Shown one piece after another: positions 49,269 through 62,718 of a stretch of DNA of 64,000 nucleotides; within the stretch, counting starts at the first letter, position 1; every line of letters starts with the position of its first letter. The DNA comes from Lama guanicoe (lineage: Eukaryota): contig MU054187.1 in the NCBI GenBank assembly GCA_013239625.1, positions 5,033,757 through 5,097,756 of the forward strand, written 5' to 3'. The translations under genes were made by a program, and so were the position numbers. The notes beneath the pieces were generated by a model that worked only from the letters and a program-made list of their open reading frames with translations, did not search any database and was not told the DNA's origin.

Positions 49269-52200
49269 GCCACCTCTTTTGGGGGTTCACTTGAAGATCA
49301 GGTGAGATTATACAGGTAAGCTCCGATCTCATTTCCTCGTTCACAACAGTACCCTACAACTTAGCTTTTCTGCTGCCACCTCTGAGGCCTATGTTACCCG
49401 CTTTCTCTTGCAAACTGCAGTTCAACACAATCACACAATCACAGGTCTTAAAGGAACCCTTTATCTGCACATGGTGATGACAGGAATGCCACAGAGAGGA
49501 ATTCATTAAAGATCAAGGTGCAGCTGCATATACAACTTCAAGGGGGAGGTAACTCAACTCCAACACGGCTTGATCTCATGTTTTATGGTCAAATCATTCC
49601 TGGGCGGAGCGAGGCCATATCGAACCCCACCCCACCCCAACACCCTTGCCTCCTCTCAACAAAATACAGTCCACCTGTTGCTTCTTTAATTTGGCTGTAG
49701 GAAAAATGCAGTGATGGAAGGGTCAGGAATTTAATGGTGAATTGAATCAATAGGCAATCTGACATGTGGCCTATTGGCAACTGGAGGGCAGGACTCTAAT
49801 CCCACGTTTAGTGAAGGGCTGGGGCTGCTCAAGGAGCGGACATTGCAGCACTAAGTCTGGGGCACACTGGGAATACTGGGAGGGGTGTAGGGGAGGAGCA
49901 ATTGGACAAGGGAGGCCCAAGGCAGTGGGGTATTTGGAGAATGAGACAGAAGAGATGCTGCGGCCCCCATGGGAATGGACAAGCAGCCACGGAGAAGCTG
50001 ACCTGCCTGGGGAGAGGCTTCAAGTCTCAGCCACAGGTGTCTCACACAATCACACTTTTTCTTGGAAAAAAAATTAATATTCAATCTAAAAGTCAGAATC
50101 AGAATATTATTTTCACTCTAGAGTAAGTAGGCTTCTGAATTATAACTGATGGAATAAAAACACGGAAATTTGTATCAATCCTCATAATTTTATCTTTCAT
50201 TCATAAACTAGCGATCATGACCACAGCACATGGTAAAGAATCATCTTTGTGCAAACTACCTCACTTTCTCCTTGACTTCGAAAAATACAGAATCATAGGG
50301 CGGTCAGGGAGCTCACTGTCTCTCAACTTCACCGAAAGGAAACTGAGACCCAGAGAGTGAAATGCCTGGTCTGGGCATGCTCAGCTGGCCGGCGGAAGCC
50401 GGCAGACCCTCCTGTTCCCAGGCGGCGTGCTCCTGCTGCGCCCACAGCTGTTCCCACAGGTTAAAAAATACCTTAAAATAAACTGAGTCAGGAAACACTG
50501 GTGACAAATAAGTTAAACTTGTGGTTAGTAGGGTGACACACAGTCCTTTGTGACGCACCGGCAGCTCTAGTCCAGCTCTAGTCCTGCTGGTGCTTGTAGC
50601 TTAAAACCTATCAGCTGCGTGCACATACTGCTTTGTGCGACTGTGGGCAAAGCAATGTTTTCCTAATTCTAGGGTTTCCGTCTTAGAAATGAATAATGTG
50701 AAAAAGAAACTGTAACCGTCCGGCATATTCAGAGAGTGCTACTTATTGAGTATTAATGTATAAAACTATTACTGGTATATTGAAAATAAGACTTGTATGA
50801 TGGTGAAGTTGACAATACGTTACTATTCTGATTCTGTGAGGTACATAAGAAATTAATAAGTTCAGAAACAAAACAATGATAAAAACGGCTAAAGATGTGC
50901 TTCACGAAAGTTCCTTCAAGTCTAGACCCCACAAAAAGTTAATGTTGGATGCTTCCCTGTAAAATCACCAAATCCACTTTCTCTCTCGTCACTAATCATC
51001 TGAAATTTTCCTGCCATCTACTTTCACCCTGAGCATTGAGCTTTTTTGTTTTGCCCAAGACTCTGGAAGGGAGGAGGAATGGGAGCCTACGTTGACATGT
51101 GGGATCTACACCGGAGCTAGAACTGGAAACACTTTCCGCAGCCAGACAAAGCAATCCGAAATCAAGCCCCTGCTACGTCAAAGCTCGTGGAGAGGAGGTA
51201 GAAAAATGCACGGAGGGAAATGCTGATGACCTGCTTAAATATCTTTGTTGCAAGGACAGTGACAGATAGAGAGCAGTTAAGAGTCATCTCGAGTACCAAA
51301 ATTTCATCTCACTGCTGTATTTATTTTTAGCATTTATTATTATTCATTGGGTGCTTCGAGAATAATGGTGGTGTGAATTATGCATAGCAGAATGGAATGG
51401 GGGAACAGTATTTATAATTCTAAATTTACAAACACGAGAGAAATTAGTAATACTACAGTTATCAAAGGAAACAGGCCTAATTAAAGAAATAACTGCTACA
51501 AAACCATATGCAACTCAAACCAGAAAAAGACAATTCAAATTTAATGAATGCCTTTAATATTAATTACAGAATTCTTAACAATACATTGGGACAGCTCTCT
51601 TGGAGAATTCAGCTTACTGTTTAACAGTTTCTGACTAATTTTATTAACCTGTACATCTGAGAGGATCAACCCCCTCTGGGTTTAATTAGAAGAAAATTCA
51701 ATTTAAATCTAAATGTCAACAGTGGTTACTAATTATGGCAGGGCCCTGGACGGGACAGCAAGTCTGTAATCAGGCAGTTCCCTGGTAACAATTAACACTT
51801 TCTTTCTGACTTATGAGTGCGTTAGGATATTTTAAAATAAACACGATTCAGCATGGGACACCGCTAATATCATGAGCCCCTACTGCTAGGTGCAGACATG
51901 CAGAAGAGGATGCCAAATTAAATTACTGAGATTTCTCAAACATATAGCTGAATAATAAGCAGCTACAAAACTAGGTCAGGGTCGAAAAGCTAGAGCTGAA
52001 TGCCCCTCCCCCAACATGCAAAATAAATACACCCACTATCTCTGAATAGAAATCATTCTTTTGTTATGCCCTTTGTCAAGAATACATTATTGCAAAACGA
52101 TATTTATTTCCACAATCTTCACAGCTGTGAGCACGGCTGAATTAATCTTACTAGAACTGATTTCATTTGCAATTTCATGATTACGATTATAAAATGTAAA

Positions 52201-55200
52201 TTTATTACTTAAAAAAGAAATGGTTACAAAAGACATAGATTTAAAAAAAAGTTCTTTATCTATTGGTTTGCTTTGCTCGATATACTAATGAAATAAATAG
52301 CTGACTAACCCTGAAATAAAAACAAACAGGATAAAAATGATTGTAAAAATGTGAAATGAAAGCTAGGAAAGCAATAAAAAATCAACTCTTTTAACGTAAC
52401 ACATACAGTGATTATGCGGCTCCGAGAAGTTCCAGGACATGCAAATTTTTTCATGGTGAGGCTAAGCTTTAATGGTTTAGTCATTTGAGATTCTTCTATT
52501 GCTGCCATTCTTTAAATGTTAGCATTAAAGATAATACAGAAAATACTTGGGTGCTACTAATCTTCTTTTTCCCCCAGCTTTCAGTTTTCATGCTCTTAAA
52601 AGATAATCTCCAGTAGGCCATTTTCAGACTTTTTAATATTGATGACCTAAATAACAAATTAGTTTAAAGAAATCCATATTTATAAGACCTCAATTTTTAG
52701 TGGAATTCAGTCACTAAATTGGTCTCTCCTTGAAATACATTGCTTCTTTTAATCAATATTTAAGTGCCTACTGTGTGCCAAGAACCACAGTGGAGCCAGG
52801 GTGCACACAAGAATTCAAAGACAGGCATGGCTGGGTTCAATTATTGTTGGTAAAAATAGTAAAGTCAGGTTTTTGGTAGTAACCAGGGCCAAATAAACCA
52901 TTTATTTTATGCAGTAGCTTTACTGACATAACTCACTTTTCCCCCAAAACTAGAGCGATCCATTTCTTTAAAATACCAATTTAATTTTCCCTGTTTAACA
53001 CTGAGACTCTTCAGTATACAAACCCAATTAGTATATATTGCATTAAATATATTCAAGTGTCAAATGTCTACTTGCAGAAAGACCACTGATGGTAACGACG
53101 GCTCAACTACGAAATGAACGTCCATCGATGGTCATAAGCGCTAATGCTCATAAGAGATGATAGAGCATCTTTAAGCAAACACTAACACGTAAAGCTGCTA
53201 TTTACCATGTCAACTCCATCGGTAGAGATCATATTTCTACACTAGGATTGCGCCAGTGAGCTTTCTGCATTTGCTCACTTTCCCAGAGCCAAACCGCGAG
53301 CCCTGTCACAAGTCATTTATGGTATTCAATTGGACCCAAAGCACCTGCAGAGGAAGGGGCTATTTAAGCTTATGTGACAAAATAAGCTATGTATATATGA
53401 ATAAATTATTTTTTTACTGTATGATTCCTTTCCATTTGCTCTACCTGTCCAAGAGTCTGAGTTTTCAATAAACTGTTTCTGCTTAGGGCTTTCATAGCTC
53501 GTAGAGTGAGTCTGGCAGAGCTTTGGGTCATTCTCCCAGCCCTAGTACTACCCATCACTCCTCTAGCAGGAAGGTTAATAACTCTTGGCTGAAGATGTCT
53601 CTATTGCTTCTTTACTCTTCGGAGCCACTCACCTTCCACCGAAGGCACCCTTCCTCCTTGAAGAGCCCACATTTCACCTCTGGGAGGCATGATGTCTCCA
53701 CCAGTCTGCTACCGACAGAGGGCCTGGCTTTCAGCAAGCACTCACCAGGCTGGCGTGATGACATTTTGCAAGGAAACCTTTAGTAGGCTGCACTAAACAC
53801 ATCCTGCCTGGCATTGTCATATTGCTTAGTAATTCCACATTTCAATGGAATTTAGAGAGGCCATGCCTATGTAAATTGTGCCTTAGTTTTTTTCCTCTTC
53901 CTTTCTTTTCTTTCCTCCTCTCTTCGCTCTCCCCTTTCCCCACCCCATCTCTTTCCCTCCCTCCCTTTCTTTCATCTTTTTTTAAAATAGTGTTGCACAT
54001 CCGAGAGGTTTTCGCTAACTCCTTCAGCTTTCTCCAGTATCTTTCAAAATGCTACCTGGGGTACGATATCATCTCCCAGGGGGAGACAGCGTAACAAGTG
54101 TGCCTTGCTGGTTAACTGTAAAGCTAGGAGGTCTGTTTTAAACGAATACGTAATGACTAGTTTGTCCTTTGCTGGGGGTACCTTCCTATAAGATCATTTT
54201 CAGAGGCACTCCATTATTTAGACACATGTGAGGTGCTAGATCTCTCAGAAGAAAGAAGCACGTTCTTTACAACTAAGTAAAGTGAATAAACAAGAACAAT
54301 GACATTAAATACATGGTACACAACATAATAAGACATATTTCTTACACCAGTTTTACGGTGTAATTTGTCAGGTAATATTATTCTGAATACTGCATTACAA
54401 ACTCAGAACAGGTGTCTAGAACTATTTTCCTACCCTTTTAAATGTTAACTCTTTCTCTCTGCTTAACTGAAGCTTTAGTTAAGATCTTTTGATAACAAAA
54501 CGGAAGTTCTGTAACCACAGCTCAATAATAAGGTGAATGGAAAAACAGTTGGTTTCCGTCTCCCTCAGCTGCTTACCTTGATGTGTTCAAGTCAAAAAGA
54601 GAAAGAGAGAGTGTATGTTCTCCATTATACCAACAACCGCAAAGGCAAACGATAAACACAAAGCACTGTTTTGTTCTCCCTGTTGGTATAAAGTCTTTAT
54701 TTGCTGAATCTTATGAAAATTTTAATGTTACTTTCAATAAATTTCAAGGCAGGGCTGGATAGATTTATGTTGCCCTGTTCAAATAATGTCTTCAGCCACT
54801 AAAATGGTAACGTCTTAAGGAAGGCAACAGTGTTGTTTTATATCTGGTGTCCTATGTGGAAGTCTCACAGTCACTTCCCAGAGAAGCAGATTTGAGCTTT
54901 CTGTGGACGAGGGCCCAGGCGAGAAAGAAAACACCGTGTGTCCCAAGTGGGCGTGCCGGCAGGAACAGGGAGCTGGGACAGCTCCAGGAGCTTGCTTTTC
55001 CATCCTTCCCCCAACCCCTCACGCTGGCAGTTGAGTTCAGTGATTCAAAAGAGCCCTCATGTTTAATTTTAGAATCAGGAAGACTCTAGAACAGCCCTTC
55101 TCAAAGCGGGTTCCACAGCATGATGGGTGGTCACTCGTAAACAGGTTAAGTACGCTGGGACATGGCAGGTCACAGAAAGGTCGATGAGCTTTATTGTAAC

Positions 55201-58200
55201 ACTTCCCAAGGGCTCTGAGTCAGGCAAAAGGATTCTAACGCCATACAGTCCATGTGCTTTTCTCACCTCTTTACCCTCAAAGGGCTCCTGGAATTGCTTC
55301 ACTCCTCCGGAGGGACTTCAGAACCTCAGGTAAGCTGAGGCTTCCTGTGGTCTCCCCAGGGGAAGTTCCACAACTGTGGACCAGAAAGTTCTGGCCTTTT
55401 CTTCCTGATTTTAAAAACATGTTTGTAGTTAATGCCTTTCTTGCTGAAAATACACACACACAAAACACAAAAAAACGCAGCAAATTTCAGGGTGCCGTCA
55501 GCAGTCCCACTGTTATTACTCAAGACTGAGAACAGAATACTACCTTATACTGGGGACTCTGTATTGATCGATAATCTCTATTTAATAGAAATGTTTTCTT
55601 AAGTACGTCTTGATTAGTTGTCTCATCAGGACATCTTTTGCTTTAATATTTAAAACCCATTTGATTTTTTAAATATTCAAAATGTAAACATGATGGTATA
55701 TTTTCTAAAAGTGAGACATAATTACATAGTCTGGAAAAAAGATACACAATAAGTTAATAACCACAGTATCCTTCAGGGCATCAGGCTTTCGGGGATGTGC
55801 ATTGTTCAATGAAGTTTTTCTGTGCCTTCAGCACTAAAGCCAGGTTATTAGCAAACAACTAAGTGGAACCAAGAAAAATCTACAACCCTGATCTTATCGA
55901 AATAATTACAGAACCTTTAATGTCCCACTGGGCACAGAGAGAAAGAATGCAGCAGAGAAAGGAGCATAATGGAAACAGACAGAAGTAGGGCAGACGTTCC
56001 ACCTTCCACACAGCAGACAGACCACTGTGGCAAGTCGAAGAGAAGACAAAAATGATCACCGAACCAAAAACGAAATTTTGTGTCTCAACTGACAAAACAT
56101 GAAGGAATTGTACCTAAGTAAAATGAAAATAAATTGTAATTTAATTCTTCTTTTCACATAGAGACATAACTGTTTAGATCAACAAATGTACACTCTGCTG
56201 TGTGTGTATACATATATAGCGACATTTACATTTGACTACATAGAATGGAATGTGAGTATGCATAATATATATATTTCTATTTTGGAATAATTACAGATTA
56301 TTACTTTACTCAGTGGACAGTGTGACTTAATGCCCTACAATCTGGCTATAAAATATTAGTTGACTTGCTATGCAAAATATTTTCCTAATGAACTTTGGCT
56401 ATATCTCTGCAATGAATCATATTTCTCTCTGCAAGTTTAAATATCGAAGTACACATATAAAATGACTGCATGGCACGTAGTATGTACTCAGTTTGTAAAA
56501 CGACTGAATGCATAAATGAACGCAGATCTTGGCCAGGGGTCATTTCTACAAGGGTAGCCTCACCCTGAGCTTAGAAGTCGGTGCTCAAAGTTGTAAGATG
56601 CTTTAAGGACTCGCCTTCAAAAACAGCTACTTTGTTGCATAAAGGACACTGGGCCTCCACTCCAAATTTCGTTTATACAAAAGGACACACAGTTTTTGTT
56701 TTTAACGTGAAAGCTGCTGGTCCATGTAGTCGTTCAAGGATCTTCACAATTGGGTACCACCCCAGCTGCAGTCTTTAGTCCTTAGCTCTCACGTGGGACA
56801 GACTGAACACTCTGGCGTTCCCATGACTTCCCACCCAGCGGGACACGTGCTCTCCCTCCTGCAGAGATGCTTTCCTCTATCCCCTCGGCCTGTCTACAAT
56901 GTTCCCTACTTTCTAGGCTCAGCTCCAAGTCAATGTTTCCGCATAGCTTCCAAACCACGCCCACAGCTACAAAACACAAATGTGTGTTAAATGAACACGA
57001 CAGAGTATTTAAGATTCAATTCCTGTCAAGGCCCTAAAATACCAAGCACTTATCTGTAAAGGCATCAACTAGTCATATATCAGACATCTTAGGATTTCTT
57101 TTTAAGTCTCACCTGACAGTGTTACCACACCCTTCGTTAAACAAGCATAGTAAAGTGTATAGCAGACTGTCAACTAGAACCTTCTGATAATTATCAACTG
57201 TACTTGCAGTATCGCACTTCACTTAAAGAAGCACCTGCAGGATGCAGTTTGGGTAATACCAATTATTCCTATGCATAAGGGAAGCTTTTCCCTCCAGTAA
57301 AAGAGTAGATTTATACAATTTGATTTCTCTAAACAAATGTAACAGCAGAAAATGTATCTAAAACTTTCTAACAAAGGAACAATTCATCCCAACCTTTTTT
57401 TTTTTCTGTTTAAAAAAAAAACCTATTAAGTCCCAAGGGCCCCTGTGAGTACCGGCTCCTGAAGGAGGGCAGTGGCTCGACCGCGGTGGAAGACTCCTTG
57501 GCAGCTAATACATGACTGTTGTCCCTGAAAACACTGCCATCTGTTGTCAGAAAAGAAAGGTCACTTCTGAAATTTTGCCAGGGGGCAGGTTTTCTACAAG
57601 CGAAGGAGAAAAAACATCTGAGACTCTTTCTTAACTGAGCAGGTCCTCCTACAGGAGGGAAAGGTCTCCATGGGAACTATAATTTGGAAGGTGTCCAAAG
57701 TGCGAAAATAGATTGGTTTTCTCAAACAGCGAAACAGTTCTCTAAAACAAGGTGATCCTTGTCATGGGCAGCTCTTATTAATTACAGTAACTGGTCTACA
57801 TTTGCACTTTCTTACAAATATATATAGAGAGATACCATCATGATTGAAACTCCAACCATCACACCTGGGTTAATACTATCTGTTTCTTAACTTTTCCTGA
57901 AACTTTCCATTAAGTTTTATTAAGTAATAAAAGCTACAATATTCCCCATGGATCCAGAATAGAAGAGAAAGGAGAAAAATCACTGATCTAGTCAGTCTTT
58001 ATGTAAGAGATTTTAAAAGTCTATATGTAACATGTTATTTTCTGCACAAAGTAATACACATTTCATAAAAAGGCATCATTACAGAAGCTATTTGTCACTT
58101 ATCCCCCCTCTGAAGTGTCACCATTTTTAATTAGGAAATTTCGGTTGCATCCCGGATTAAATGGAGAAGGTGTTTATGAACCATCATTACATCAATTTAG

Positions 58201-58419
58201 ATTTTCTAAATTAGACTGAATATCTTAACTATGACTTAGAAACTCTAATCAGAAAGTGAAACAGAGTTAAACTTAAATTTAGTGAGTTTTGTGAATTTTA
58301 CTGGCACGTTTCCAGTTCTTAAACTCATCCATTTTCATTTCCGTTACCCACGATTATCTCCCTAATGCAGGGGGAGGATCAGTGCAGAAAATCCACCCCA
58401 AGACTCTATGCCTGGTCTT

Positions 58420-58580
58420 GTGCTAAGGCTCTGCGGCCATTTAGTCCACATGACAACCCTGTGAGGTTGGCTTCCTGGACTCCACTTACAAACGAAAACT
58501 GAGAGAGGTCATGTGTCCACCCTCATTTCCCACGGCTGGTAATAGCGAAGGCGGGATTCAATCCCTGTGCCCCTGGCTCC
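58420..58580 (-). mobile_element. MIR SINE
   Basis: catgacaaccctgtgaggttgg...aaactgagagagg...ggcgggattcaatccc. Confidence 0.6.
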
Positions 58581-60960
58581 ACCGTCCCTCCCTTTTCTAT
58601 CCATCACGCTGCCCCGACGCATGCACAATTACACCTGTTCCCAAACTGGGTAAGACTGGTTTCTAGTGTGCGTGCTGGCTCATTTGCTTTTCCTTAAACT
58701 ATTTCTGCTTCTTGAAACACAGCAACTCATGGTGGGTGAAGGCAAAAGCTAGGCTGTCTAGGTGGAAACAGGTCACCAACGTGACCGATGATTCACACAG
58801 AAGAAACAAGCAGGTGAGCGGCCAGGGCTAGGTGTGAACGGCCAGCGGACCTGGGTGCTGTGCCCAGCGGCCTGACTACTGGCTCACTCTGGAGGGCCAC
58901 TCCCTGCCTCGAGGCGGGACAGCAAGGCCCAGCTCGTGGTGGGGTTTGGAACTGAGGCCTTGACGACACCAGTCTGAGGGGAAAGAAGGAAGTCATCTAT
59001 GAAAAGCACACGCACCATTCCCCACTGGCTGGAAACCAGTTACTTCTGTGAACTCAGACTCCTTTCTCTGACTGTTGTGTTTGAATTACTAAATCTCAGT
59101 GGTGTATGACTTCCACTGTGTAATTTTTGAAGTTCATACTAACTAACAATGTTTGGCAAATCTGCTTTGAGATCCCGTTTTGCTGGGAAATGGAAGGCCT
59201 CTGAGAAAGCCTTGAGCCCCTAGCTTAGCTCGTGTGTTCAATACCTTCTGAATCATTTTGAGAATCATTTATGAACCTGGTTTAGTACACAGGTAATGTC
59301 CTACCATGCCTGTTACTGTGATAACCAGTAATCTTAATGACGGCAGTGCACGGATCCTTCAGCCCCGCATGAACTGTGAAACCACCTGGATAGACTGCTT
59401 TCAGTAAAAGCCATTCTACAGGTATCTGTGACTCTGGTTTTTTATTATCTGAGAATCACGTAACAGATTTAAAAAAAAAATGTGTGTATTTCATCCGGTC
59501 ACTCCCTTAATTTTACAGCTGGAGAAGCCTACCCAAAGGTTAAGGGATTTGCTCAAAGTCCCACCACCACTTACGAAAGAACCCGTCCACAGCTCTTTCC
59601 ACTAAATTCCAGATAAAAGACCATTTTATTTTTCCACAGTCGAGAAGCTTTGACTATCATAGCACCATGTTAGGTCACCAAGATTTATTTTCTGGGCTTA
59701 GAAACTATTGCGAAATTATTACCATTAAATTATTAGTGTTTCAGAACATTGCTTTCCTTATCCTAAACTGGGAGTAATAATATTTACCCCAACGTGGTGT
59801 GTTGTTAGGTCAAATAAATGGATAGCTCTCCTAATAAAATATCACACCCCAAAGTGATGACAGCCATTCTGTGGGTCACATGAGCCTGGGTTTGGAAAAA
59901 AAAACAAAAAACAAAGTGGGTCTGAACTCACCAAACTTCTTACTTTCAGTTCAGTTATGGGGAAAATCAGAGAATTCCAAGTTCTGCGTATGAAAGAAGA
60001 GTTTACAGTTTTCACTCTAATCAAAAGAGTATGTTAAAGATCCTTATCGGTAAAAGGGAAAACAAGCAACAATAATTTCTGAAAAGAAATAGAAACAACC
60101 GTCTGGGACTTTCTGGGGAAAGCCCTCCGTGGCACCAGGCGGCACGTCCCTCTCCCTGTCGCTCACGCCTGAGGTCTCGTCCACTGGTTTACAAGCTTCT
60201 TGAGGGCAAGCCCCCAGCTGACAAGCGCCGTAACCTCTGACATGGGAGCAGAATCTCGTCAGTGCTCCTCGACGTGCAGAGACAAGCTGTCTGGATGGCT
60301 GGCTTGTATGTGTAGCTCGGAAAGAACCTATCTTTTAAAGCATTGTAAACATTCTGGATGTCAACATTTCTCAGATGAACAATGCAATCATGACTTTATT
60401 AAAAAGCTTACTTAGCACAGGTATTTTTTTCTTTGGTAAGTCAGAATGGCTTACTGGAACATAAATGACTATAATCTGCCATAAAGGGATGACAGTCTCA
60501 GGGACGACTAAGTACGTGCTGCTCAGTGTCGTACAAATGGCCACAGCCTCCTGTGCTGCTGCAGGCCCGAGGAGTGGCTATTTTTAAAGCAGTTTTTCAG
60601 AATCCTACCTACCTAGCAGGTGGTCACATCTTTGTGGTCAGCTGTAGGCCTTCCACTGGTCAACAGCAGCCCTGCTCATAAATGGCTGCTTCTCCACGCT
60701 GCGGTCTCGGAAGCCTGGTCACCAGCCCAGCCAGACTGTGCACAGAACGTGAGTCGCAGGTCATCGGGATGCTAGCTCTTCGGGTTGCTACTTTTTAAAA
60801 GCTATCTTTTATGTATTTGGCTTTCTTTCCCCCATCCCGCCCCGTCCCAAAACAAAGAAAAAAACATGCCTAGCTCTAGAAAATTGGGCCGTTATTATCC
60901 TTTAAAATTGAGAGTCACAACTTGTCCAAAGATCCATTTTATTTTAAAAGTAAAAATATT

Positions 60961-61118
60961 GGGGAGGGTATAGCTCAGTGGTAGAACACGTGCTTAGCTT
61001 GCACGAGATCCTGGGTTCAACTCCCCAGTACCTCCATTAAAAAATAAATAAATAAAATAAAATTAAATAAATAAATAAACCTAACCCCCCAAAAAGCTTA
61101 ATTAAAAAGAATAATAAG
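60961..61118 (+). mobile_element. Camelid tRNA-derived SINE (Vic-1-like), full length with perfect TSD
   Basis: GGGGAGGGTATAGCTCAGTGGTAGAACACGTGCTTAGCTTGCACGAGATCCTGGGTTCAACTCCCCAGTACCTCCA plus (AAAT)n tail; tttaaaagtaaaaatatt at 60943-60960 and 61119-61136. Confidence 0.95.
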
Positions 61119-61879
61119 TTTAAAAGTAAAAATATTAAAGTGCATATGGATTCCAAAACAAGTCAAACCTGACAAAGTTTTAACAGGACTATTAAAGATT
61201 ATATTAAAGTGGTTTTTAATATCAACTATTAGCAGAAAACGATGGTAGCCATTGAAATTCTTTTATATTTTGAGGAAGTTCTATCAGCAGAATTCCACCA
61301 TTTTGAAATTGCACAGATGAGGACTGTATTTTATCTTCATATTCTTTGATATAAAAATATATTTTTTTCTTAGTGGACAAAAGGTTAAGCAACATGATTT
61401 TTAGTATTATTTCAGAAAATTTTAATAGGTACATGACAGAGCAGAAAACACACTTGAATGCAGAAAACACACTTGACGTGGATTCAGCAGGCCCAGGAAC
61501 CAGCCCTGATGGCCCACATTGCAGGCTTGGGCTCTGCGTCTCAGAATGATTTGCATTCTGGTGAGGTGGTTTTAAAGGTCCCTTCCAGGATGAACCTACC
61601 TAGTTCTGTTGATTCTGTGTAATTTCTTAAGTGAGACTTCATTACAATATGTATGTGTGTGTTTGGGTTGGGGGCAGTCATCCAAACTAGAAAAGAAATG
61701 GCAAGCTTATCCAGCCAATAAATTCGCCAGTTATTTATTTAATTTAATTTGCTAGATATTCGTTAAACATCTACCGTATACTTGGTGTGAGACAAAGGCC
61801 CAGTCCCTGCTCCCCAGCGGCTGACCATTACCTAACTGGTAAGGTGACACTCATGCACAAACAAAGCAGCAAAGTTCCC

Positions 61880-62365
61880 ACCTCCTAGCCAGGCACACGG
61901 ACCTTCATGACGCAAGCCAGCCTACTCTTCTGGTCTCCTCCACAGCCATTCTAACCCTGCAAATGCTGCACTTTAAACGCGCCAATTCAATCGTTCTTGC
62001 CAGGGTATCCGGTACACCTCCCCACGCCTTTGCAGGTGCTCTCGTCTGCCATCTTGCCCATGTCCATCCATCTGCTGGTACCACCCTCCTCAAGGACCAG
62101 CTCAGCTGTAACCTTCTCAGCCGCTGTCACTGACTCTCCTTCCCCTGCAGGACGACCTGCGCTCCCCCCACGCTTCACACTCATCACTGCTGCTGCGTGC
62201 GTTGTGCCATGGAGGTGCCTCGTGTTCATGTGACCACCCCCCCGAGTGGGAGGACTCCGCAGGGACAGGAACCTTGCTGTGCTCCAATCTCACTTCTAGG
62301 ACCAGTGAAGTTCCGGGCGCAGGAACAGGGGCTCAACAACGCTGACTGAGTGGAGCGGAACTGAC
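61880..62365 (+). mobile_element. L2 3' region (GC-enriched)
   Basis: cccacgcctttgcaggtgctc...cctcaaggaccagctcagctgtaaccttctc...gcagggacaggaaccttg...ggggctcaacaac. Confidence 0.6.
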
Positions 62366-62606
62366 TGTGCCGCAGACATTCAGTACAACGGCTCTACCAA
62401 AGTGCACATTTCAAGAGTGAAAAAAAGTGAGACCGAGCTTCTACACATGCTCTCCACTCAGCCGGGCCATCGGTGAGTTCGAGATTTGAGTCACTTCATT
62501 TTATTTATTCATTCAGTCATCCATTCAACAAAGTAAATGATTCCACACAAGTCAATATTGAAACTGCACAGTGTCTGCATCTACTTTTGAACTGTCCTCT
62601 TCCTAG

Positions 62607-62718
62607 GGTGGTCCCTGGTTTTGCGTCACTGTGATGGCTTACTTCAGAGCGCTGCTGGCTTCTTAGAGGGCACGGTTTTAGCAACCAGCAAAGTCATGAA
62701 CCAATGGGAAAGCCTGAG
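62607..62718 (+). other. Candidate plus-strand (antisense) exon, 112 nt
   Basis: Acceptor actgtcctcttcctag|GGTGG and consensus donor CCTGAG|gtaagt; motif evidence only. Confidence 0.3.

Noticed and set aside
60961..61036. tRNA-like sequence (also 19100-19176 and 19255-19331)
   Set aside because: SINE heads with A-rich tails and TSDs, not tRNA genes
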